From Cercozoa sp. M6MM (taxonomy: Eukaryota > Protista > Endomyxa: Ascetosporea): DNA of 42,835 nucleotides. The position numbers were made by a program, and so were the translations under genes. Numbering within the stretch: position 1 is the first letter of the stretch; each line of letters opens with the position of its first letter. A model generated the notes under the pieces. That model ran no database searches and had not been told where the DNA came from. It saw only the letters and a program-made list of their open reading frames with translations. The DNA is taken from NCBI GenBank assembly GCA_040357565.1, contig JBDODJ010000093.1; one strand, 5' to 3'. Shown here one piece after another: positions 25,701 to 34,192 of this stretch.

Positions 25701-26487
25701 CACCAGGTGCCGCAGTCGCCGTCGCATCGACAGCGGTGCCTGGGGTAAGGGGCAAGGGGGTAAAGAGGGGTAAAACGGGGGGGGGTAAAACACAACGCAC
25801 CCGAAAGAGCGGCTTGCGCTCGCCGAGAGTCGGAGGCGCGCGCGCACTGGACGGCGCGTCCAGCAGGCGGCGCATACGCATGCGCAGGTTGGTGGCACTG
25901 TACCTGTGACACACACACACATCAGTCACATCAGTCACACGTGGTCACACATGGTCACACACATGGTCACACACGTGGTCACACACTGACACTCGCACTG
26001 TGGTACTTTTCGAAGGACGAGACACGTGCGTGCTCTGTCTGCAGCCGCAGGTCCATGAGCAGGCGACGCCACTGCGGCCGCGGGTCCGCGCGGTTGAAGT
26101 AGAAACCGCCTCGCCGCACGTACTCACGCAGCGCGCCCAGCAACGTCGCCAGCTGCCCGGACGCCGGTCGCACTAGCGCCGGCATGCGCACGTGCTGTCC
26201 GCGCGGAGGCTGCACCACCACGCGGCCATGTTGCGCCGTGTCCACAATTCGTCCGCGCGGTATCAAATCTCCCGGTTTCGTATTTGCAGCCAAGCGCTGC
26301 ACGTCACGAAACTTCATGCTCCACCGACACGCCGGCACTGCATCTGGCCTTGCCGATCGCGTCTTGTTTTGCGAGTTAACCACCGTTCGCCACCAACTCT
26401 TATGCAGTATTTTTGTACCAAATGAGCCAGCACCAGTTTGACCACTAAATCCTTGGGTTTTTGGTCAGCGAGCTGCTCGAACAGCAT
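21350..26487 (-). CDS. Bacterial-type cardiolipin synthase-like phospholipase D family protein (two HKD motifs)
   Basis: AFAEMWRAVR, AARKGVDVRFVLDFLGS, HKD1 RDHRKLLVVDRTVGFTGGMNLG, DMHMRIEGPAVQQL, INNARHSIDIMSPYLFP, LKDAVSRGVRVRIM, HKD2 LHAK|NLLIDGRLAMLGTFNLD (split by an intron). The N-terminal exons splice in frame from ATG 26487. Confidence 0.85.
22471..22628 (+). repeat. (TAGGG)n telomere-like array inside an intron
   Basis: About 30 GGGTA units with occasional GGTAA variants; ends at an N gap. Confidence 0.9.
22629..22728. other. Assembly gap (others at 15528-15537 and 29739-29838)
   Basis: N runs, each flanked by simple repeats inside introns. Confidence 0.99.
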
Positions 26488-26578
26488 GTCACTTGGCAAA
26501 AGACACAGTGCGCGTGGTCGCAATGCTACTGATCAGGTGATTTTTATTTATTGTGAATGGAATTTGAGCTGATGGTGA

Positions 26579-29254
26579 ATGGACTGGCTTAGAAAAAGAA
26601 GAGACGCAAGAAGAGCAGCAAAGGCGCTCCAACTATTGGTGGAAGCATTAGTCTGGAGCAGGCGCTGCGAAACGCTCGTGCGGCTGCAGGAGTGCCGGTG
26701 GTGTCGCCAACTGTGTCAGGTACAAAACCGATGCGTGACGTGGCCTCGGACACTGCCTTGGACACTGCTTTGAATACTGCTTCGAACATTGCCTCGGACA
26801 CTGAAAGCACCAACAATTTCGAACGGTAGAAGATACGCATGAGAAAATGAACCGACTTTTTATGTCACGGCTTTAACTGACTTGTTTGCACAGATGGACG
26901 GTGAACAAGCTGTGCGATGTGCCGTTCGACTGTCCATCTCGACTGCTGTGGGATCCCGATGTCGAATTAGACGTGCCAGTGACTCGCTGTATGTTTTGTT
27001 TCAATTTGCCTGCCCTATGTGTTTTCTGTTCAGTTTTGATGTTTGCAGCAACAAAGAAAGCGAAAGCGACGTCGCCTGCACTCGGTAAGCAGTGCTGTGC
27101 TGTGGTGTGTGTGTGTGTATGTGTGTGTGTGTGTGTGCCAGTGTACATGTATGTGCTGTACAGAGTTAAAGCGCGTGCAGTTGCTGGAGTCTTTGCGCGA
27201 GTACTTGGAAGCACTGCTGCCGGCACGACTGCGCGGTTTCGCCACTGCCTCCAAGAAGAGCCGAAAGCACAGCGACACCGACAGTGTACCGTACTCTTAA
27301 AGAAGTGCTTAAAAAGAGTGCTTAAAGAGATGCTTAAAGGGGTGCTTCAAGCGGTGTTTTCAAAGGGTATTTTTAAAAGGGATGTGTGCAGAAACTGCCT
27401 CGCGACACCTTTGATCGCTGGCGCTGGCGTGCTTGTAGCTTTGTGTACTCCTGTGTTAGTGTGTATCTGCATTAGCTCATTGTTGCAGCTCTAGCGGAGG
27501 CACTGGAGTCGGCGCACTGCGTCGTGGATCCTGTGCTGCCTACCACTAGTGTCATCGATGCGCAGCTGCTCGAGGCACTATGCGAGGCTGGCATTACCCC
27601 CCCTACTCTCTTTACTAATAACCTTCTTTACCCCCCCCCCCCCAACAGACCTGTCGCAGTCGGTGGCAAGAGACCTGATCGGCCAACTTAACGAACGATC
27701 GGCGGCACTGGCAAGACAACTCTGCAGTCAGGCCGACACACTGCGACGACAGATCAACAAGGTAACTCTCACTCACTCCCTTGAAACTTGAGTCCGGAAA
27801 CTCACACAGGTCAAAATCACTGAACGAGACTCCAAAAAGGGCGGCGGGTACCTAGCCTATATATATATATAGTACTTACAACTCTATGTATACATATCTA
27901 TATGTAGATGTGTATTAAGATGTACATACATCTATATGTCTAGGTATAAAGTTAAAAATAGACATAGTTGTATATAACTGTACAATATGGCACAGCGACC
28001 GCGTGGTAGAACTGCGCTGTCTGCAGCACTCGGTGAGTGTGCGACAGGCGCACTACGTCAAGCTGCGCCACTTGTTCCGACGACACGGTGCCTCGCCTTT
28101 CGCTGAAGGTCTCTTCCGCACGCATGTCTTCTGCCTGCTCACTCGGTAGGCTTGTGTCTACATGTACCTTGTATCCCCATGTCGGTAGAAAGTTATGTCT
28201 ACAGATATGTACAAATGTATGTGAGTGTGTGATGATAGGTACCTGGGAGTCTCGCAGACAGCGACGGGTCTGCAGGCGGCCATGCACAGCGAGGTCTTTG
28301 CCGTGCTCAAGCGGCGTCTCGACTGCGTCTTCGAGTGCTTCGCGTCGCCGCTCAACTGCCGCTACGGACGCTTCTGCAGGTGCTTCTTGTCTCTTACTAT
28401 GGTATATATGTATATGATGTATAGGTATATAGGTCTGTATATGTATTATAGATAGGTACATAAACATTATGCGTGTGTATACACAGTGCCTTTCCGGACG
28501 TGGACCGTCACTTTGGCAGTGTCGGCAGCTTCTTTGAGTTGCCGCTACCATCTAAGTACCTTCTATCTCACTATAGGTACCTCTGTATGTATATATGTAT
28601 GTGTATGTATGCAGCAAGAAGGTGATCTTGGAGGCCAATCCGCCTTTTGACGATGCCTTTGTCGACGCCTTCGTGTCCAAGGTCGAGGCTCTTGGTACGG
28701 CCGTATATATCATAAATAAGCATAGAGTAAATAAGCATGTGTACTACAGAAGGCGAGTGCGCACTGTGTGTCGTGGTGCCGCGGTGGCAGAACTCGCGTG
28801 CCTGGCAGCGACTGACACAGTCGGCCTGTGCCGTGCTGCACACGGTGATTCCGCAGAAGGAGCACGGTTTCTTTGACGGCGCTGCTCACCGCAGGAAACA
28901 GCTCTGGCGCCTCGCGAGTTTCGACACCTCGGTCGTGTGGTTACACAGCAGACCGCATCTCCAGTCAGGCCTGACAAATGACCAGTCAGACCAGTCAAAT
29001 GACCAGTCAGACCAGTCAAATGACCAGTCAGACCAGCTGTTGCAGCAGGTGCGGCAACTGATGCCGCTGCTCAAGCACGCTTTCGCGTCCAAGCAGCGCC
29101 GCGAGCGACGCGTGCTGCACCGCGGGGGTACCTACCCTCTCCGCTGTGCTGCTTGCTTTTCTTCTTCTGTGAATGTGCGTGTGTGTGTGTTACTGCCACT
29201 GTAGGCAAGGCGTCGCAGGTCCCGGACAACTTGCGCGCAGGCGGCGACTTCTGA
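26579..29254 (+). CDS. PCIF1: PCIF1/CAPAM-like mRNA cap-adjacent m6Am methyltransferase
   Basis: Spliced GLQAAMHSEVFAVLKRRLDCVFECFASPLNCRYGRFC|SAFPDVDRHFGSVGSFFE...EANPPF (NPPF at 28637-28648)...CVVVPRW...HGFFDG, the conserved PCIF1 catalytic-domain motif order. The N-terminal exons are tentative. Confidence 0.85.
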
Positions 29255-29605
29255 ATCAATAATGAATCTTCAATTTGTTACCGCAGCCTTTCGGAACCGA
29301 AGCAAGTGTGTCCATAAACAAGAGCAAGACCCCATTCACGATCACTTTTGAGCATCGATCAATAGATTTTTCGGGAACGACATGACATACTACGATAGTT
29401 GGCCATGGATTCTTAGCAGACTGAACTATCTGACTTCAGTATACAGTTGAGTTTAGAAAACCTGCATGTACAGCCACGCTAGTGCTAGTACTCAAGCGTC
29501 CGTCCTACCACAGGTCGTAACCCCAGTGCTGCAGGTCGGCTCACCAAATACAGAGCGCAGAGTCGAGTCGCGACAGCCAGTCGAAACGAAAATCTTTGTC
29601 GGTGC

Positions 29606-29838
29606 CTAGGAGCGCTCGTTAGCGTACTTAAAGTTGACAACGCCGTCGTTGCGCACGCCCATGTAACGCTCCACCTCGTCCACGCCCTAGACGTGAGCAG
29701 AGTTGTCAACGCACCCACACCCACACACACACACACACNNNNNNNNNNNNNNNNNNNNNNNNNNNNNNNNNNNNNNNNNNNNNNNNNNNNNNNNNNNNNN
29801 NNNNNNNNNNNNNNNNNNNNNNNNNNNNNNNNNNNNNN

Positions 29839-29885
<47 letters not shown>

Positions 29886-30240
29886 GCACACACACACACA
29901 CGCACGCACGCACGCACATCAGTGTGAGAGTGCAGTGTACCGACTGAAGCTGCGCAAGCTGCGAGCGCAGAACGGTTTCATTGGTCTCGAACCTGTAGGC
30001 GCGCATCATGCGCCTAAACACACAGCATAATGGTTCAAGCATGCGGCAGCATCCAGGAAACACGGTACCTCGCCTCTCGGTCCAACAATCGTCGGTTCTG
30101 CGACGGGTAGGTTTTCAAACCTGCGCAATCCTCTTTTTGTACGGAAACACCAAGCAAACCCAACCAAAAAAAAGAAGACCACCTCTCAGCAAGCGCCGGT
30201 ACATGGACAGCACGAGGTGCGGCGGTGGCAGTTTCGACAT
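29606..30240 (-). CDS. Small mitochondrial LYR-motif protein (~87 aa)
   Basis: Four exons: MSKLPPPHLVLSMYRRLLR|GLKTYPSQNRRLLDREAR|RMMRAYRFETNETVLRSQLAQLQS|GVDEVERYMGVRNDGVVNFKYANERS*. VLSMYRRLLR is a LYR-type motif. An N gap lies in the last intron. Confidence 0.75.
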
Positions 30241-30270
30241 TTATACAAGAAACTATAATTGTTTTAGTGA

Positions 30271-30735
30271 ATGTCGTGCGCTGGTGTCTTGGCTTTTCGT
30301 GGTCACAAAAAGCAATTTCAGTGGGGTGTGCTGCGCGGCGGTATCTTGTTTATCTCGCCCTCTATACTGCCACAACCCTGGTCTGCTCAGAACACACTGC
30401 AGCGGCAGCAGTAACTGCTGTTGCGAAGGCTTGTGGAGCCCACACACACCCTTGTGCAGATTGAACTTGTCGAGTACGTTTCGCATATGCTCTTGCTTTA
30501 TCTCTAGATAATTTACTGTATCTTTTAATTCTGTTCAGTTTCAAAGTGACTTTCTGTGTACTTGCGACCACGAGGCGCAGCGCTTTGTACACTTTCTTTG
30601 TTTAATGCATATGACATTTTGGTGTGTAGGTTCGGCTGGCAATTACTAGACTCACTTCGTCTATGGCGAGCTCGGGCTGCAGTAAAACCAATTGAAACAG
30701 CAGACGTGATGGCAGTATTACCCACTGTACGATAG
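30271..30735 (+). CDS. Possible small spliced hypothetical protein
   Basis: Three GT-AG introns give one open frame, MSCAGVLAFRGHKK...FKVTFCVLATTRRSALFGWQLLDSLRLWRARAAV...VR*. No family recognised. Confidence 0.3.
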
Positions 30736-30813
30736 TTCATGTGTACAGTATTTAGTGCGATCAGATTTACGGCGGTAGCTACTACCAAGTTTCCTTCCGA
30801 GCGGTTTGACGTT

Positions 30814-32627
30814 TTAGTCGGCTGAAGAAGTCGAAGGCGGTACCAGTGGTGTGGCCTGCGGCGCTGCTGTACCCGCAGTTGAAACATCAGTGTACTCAGC
30901 GGTAGCGACCGGCGGTGACGGTGTGCTTGCGCGACTTCCGACTCCATGCAACCAGCCTCCAAGAGTGGCTGCAGTGGTGCCCGCGATATTCAATCCGACC
31001 ATGCACATCTTTCCAACGCACTGTGTCGCCGAGCGACCATGGGCCACCGGGTCGTGATCTCGTGGAACACCGACTTCCGTGTCGGGTTGCTTTGCCGGCA
31101 ATTTGAACATGAAAGGGCGTTGCGTGGCAGGGACGATGTCGCCCACGGGATTCGATACGACGAACATGTCGCAGTTGCTCATATGAACGATGGGTTTAAA
31201 TTCGGTTTCGTAACCCGAGGCGGCACCTTGAACACCTAAGTCGCTGCAGTTTTCCAGTCCAAAGTATCAAAACGCATGATAGAAATACGAATTTAAAGTT
31301 ACCTTCCAAGGTATCGTGCCACTTCCATGTGTTGTTTCAAGGCCTCTTCGTTCGGCGCGCCTGGGAACTTGAATTCACCAGATGCAGCGGGGAGGTTTGC
31401 AGTGTCGTGTAGCGACAGTGCCAGCTGCGGCGCCGCCAGGGCTCGGAAGAAGGCACCGTGTGACACGACGAGCACGCGGTAGTTGGGCACTCCCAACTGT
31501 TCCTGCTTTGACAACAGACGGCGGATGTAGCCAAGAGCACGTGCTTCGGTGCTGCGACATTGAAACACGGAAATCGTTCACTTGAACAGCAACTGGAGCA
31601 ACACAACGTACTGCGATACGTGCTCCGGCTTGATGTGCCCCTGCATTTGCGAAGATTCGAACTCCACGAGAGGCTTTCGCAGAATGGCATCCACGCGTTG
31701 CTGCCGGTCCGGGATGTCCTCAAGTTCCAGGTGCTCGGCGTACTTGTGCAGACCATCTAAACTTGTATCAATCTTTGCAAGAGTGCCGTCGACGCATTCG
31801 TGCAAAAACAAACGAAAGCTACCAATATGTTGGCGACCTGGCGCTTCGATTCGCATCAACTGCTTGACAAAGTCGTCAGGATCGGACATTGCCGCTTCTG
31901 TCACAAGTCGCAGCAGCACGCCGCGTGCGCCGAGTTGCGTCAAGCTGTTGTACAGCGAGCTTTGGCCAACGTTGGCACTCTGGGTGGTAAGCGACTCTCG
32001 AATGCGCAGCATCACGCGGAACTCACGTTCGGCGAACACAGCGGCGATGGCAGTTTCTGCTTCCGCCAGGCCTCCACATATGCCGGAATCGGACATCTCC
32101 TGCGCGAATTGCTCGAGAGCAAAGTCCTGTCCACAAGAAATCCGCAGCAGATACTATACATGCACCGTACTAAATTCCTGGTCACATACCAAGGTTTGCA
32201 GCGTACGTCGCTGAGCGGATACGTGAATGGCATCGAAGCGACCGAAGAAGGCACGAGCCAAATCTTCGCAAGTCCGGCTCGGCCCAACCAGCTGGAAGGC
32301 GGCTTTGCACCAGCGCATACCCAAGTCACGCGCTTGTCGCTTGCCTTTGTCAGTGAGAGGGTGGTCGGATCCGACGAGACCCGACATTTGCTAAATGACC
32401 AAGTGCGTAAAAAATGATGATTCAGCTTCGGCTTTCAGCTCCCTACAATGTGGCACCATCACTTGGGCGTTGTGCTCGCCTTCAGCGTGGCGAGCGAACA
32501 GAATATGCAGTCCGCGCGCATTCGGGTCGAATTCGTCTCGGAGGTGGCGGATGAGTGGGTCCGCAGAAGCCAGGACTGACTGGAAAGCTGCCGCGAGAGT
32601 CACACAAGCTAAAACTACACGAACCAT
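30814..32627 (-). CDS. Signal-peptide-bearing histidine phosphatase (phosphoglycerate mutase superfamily)
   Basis: MVRVVLACVTLAAAFQSVLA signal peptide, ILFARHAEGEHN, DHPLTDKGKRQA, IHVSAQRRTLQT, VLVVSHGAFFRAL, MSNCD. Confidence 0.8.
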
Positions 32628-33030
32628 TGCAGGATTTCTCAAAACGGGTCAATCTGATCGAAGGATAGGCGTTTCTGGCCAAAACAGTAAACTAGACTTC
32701 AAGACGACAGTTTGGTCTGTCTCGGGTCAGCGATGTCAACTGAGGTCGGCACGTGGAATTTCAAACTGAATGCAAGCTATAAATTTAGTTGCTGCTGTAC
32801 GAAATATAAGCACGCTGAGCTGAGCTGACTGGAGTCTGGTCTTTTGTTAGTCCGTCCAGACACTTAAACTGAACCGAACCGAACCCGCCAGCAAGAAGAA
32901 CTTCATGTCAGCGCACTGGCAGATTCAATAAACTGATCTGACCGCAGCCCTTTGGTAAATTAAGGACAAATCGTTTGCCACCAGGAGGTACAAGAAACTA
33001 AGGAACGTAAGAAAGTCTGTTGTTGGAAGG

Positions 33031-33129
33031 AGAGCCCTTCTTTGAGTTCAGCTGCAAAAGCTTGCTCTAGACTTCCTTCTAAACTTACAGGTGTTCCACA
33101 GTCTGGGCTGGAGCTCCCAGTAGGTCAGG
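33031..33129 (+). repeat. Dispersed intergenic repeat, copy B
   Basis: Near-identical core to 18461-18497. Confidence 0.85.
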
Positions 33130-33348
33130 GTACCAGCGAACACACGTCACAATCGGCCGTGCGAATTCGAAAATCAAACACCGCGACCGCGGCCGTACGA
33201 CGCGATACCGCCGACCATGCACCCGACCGCACCCAAGCGAAGGCGCACAGTACATCTGACGTTCCGTTCACGTACACGCTATCACACCTTAGTCAAAACC
33301 ACCGGCGGTGACGGAAACAGAAGAAAAGCGACGTGGCGAGCACCAAAA

Positions 33349-33358
33349 TAACCCATGA
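33349..33358 (+). promoter_or_regulatory. Candidate snRNA upstream/proximal sequence element (TAACCCATGA)
   Basis: Lies about -72 to -63 from the U1 start, where snRNA USE/PSE elements usually sit. Supported by position only. Confidence 0.35.
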
Positions 33359-33420
33359 CCTGCGTTGCTTGACGAAAGCAGCTGCTCAAAACAGGGAAGC
33401 GGCTTGGTCAAAGCCCAAGT

Positions 33421-33586
33421 AACTTACCTGGATCATTGCGGGGTTGGGTGATCACGCAGGCCCTCCCCGTAGCGCTGAGCAGGGCCTCAAGCACTTGGTC
33501 GTCTGTGACGCGTTCACCTCGCCTTCGGGTGTCGTGGTGATTCTAATCTCTACAGCGGGATCGGCGAGCTAGACTCCTGGTCCTGG
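33421..33586 (+). ncRNA. U1: U1 spliceosomal snRNA
   Basis: 5' ACTTACCTGG. Helix H GGATCATT/GGTGATTC. SL1 TGCGGGG..GGGT/GCCC.CCCCGTA with loop GATCACGCAG (U1-70K site). SL2 with GCAC loop, SL3 with cUUCGg, and SL4 GGGATCGG/CTGGTCCT. Length ~165 nt, followed by T8. Confidence 0.92.
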
Positions 33587-33612
33587 ACCTCCCTACTTTT
33601 TTTTGTTCTGTT

Positions 33613-34003
33613 GCCACCCGGGCCGTGCCGTTACCGACAAGCCAGCAACGACACCGCACACCGGGACACAGTGCAGCCCATCAAGGTAATCTTCCTAAAC
33701 TCGCATGATTAGAAGAAAGCTCGCCAAACAGTTCGATTTTCTTCTGCACGTCGCCAAACAGCGCGAGCCATGGCAGATGGCCTAAACTGAATTGATGGAG
33801 TGATCGATCGTCCATAAATCGATCGATACGGGTGCTAAAAACCCAAGCTCCGTACAAGCTAGAAGGTATGGCACGGCGTTGCGATCTTCTGACCACGGTG
33901 AATTAAATTTATTGCAACTCCCAACCAGAGAATTGGGTACCTGATCGGAGCACCCGTGGTTGCGTGGATCGCTGATCGTATCGTTAGTACCAGGCACGTG
34001 GCT
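33613..34003 (+). ncRNA. Unassigned highly structured RNA candidate downstream of U1
   Basis: About ten nested complementary segments, with G-U pairs that work only on the plus strand, repeated loop motifs and no convincing ORF (see findings). Confidence 0.5.
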
Positions 34004-34192
34004 GGTTTGAAACGAAACGAAACGATCCAGTCGGTCAGTTGCAGCCGTTTTGCAATCGCACGTGCCTGTTTTTGCAGGAGGTACCGAGTGAGAGAACAGC
34101 GCTCGCTCCGGTTCGCGTCGAACTCACACCACTCATATTTTGTTGTTTTGCGTTGTTCCTCTTTAGTTTCTCTCAGTGCGCTCAGTGACAGC

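Noticed and set aside
30440-30510. Stop-codon reassignment or TGA readthrough (in-frame TGA at 30462; also 2572)
   Set aside because: The first is removed by a GT-AG intron and the second lies in a shadow frame. Conserved genes show no internal stops and end in standard stop codons.
33691-33845. CRISPR- or guide-array reading of the 30-nt periodic motif
   Set aside because: The repeats are only 8-11 nt and degenerate, the intervening segments pair with each other as stems, and no cas or effector gene is nearby. Kept as a structured RNA candidate instead.
33690-33850. Telomerase RNA
   Set aside because: CCTAAAC and CTAAAAACCC do not give about 1.5 copies of a recognisable telomere repeat, and no pseudoknot is evident.
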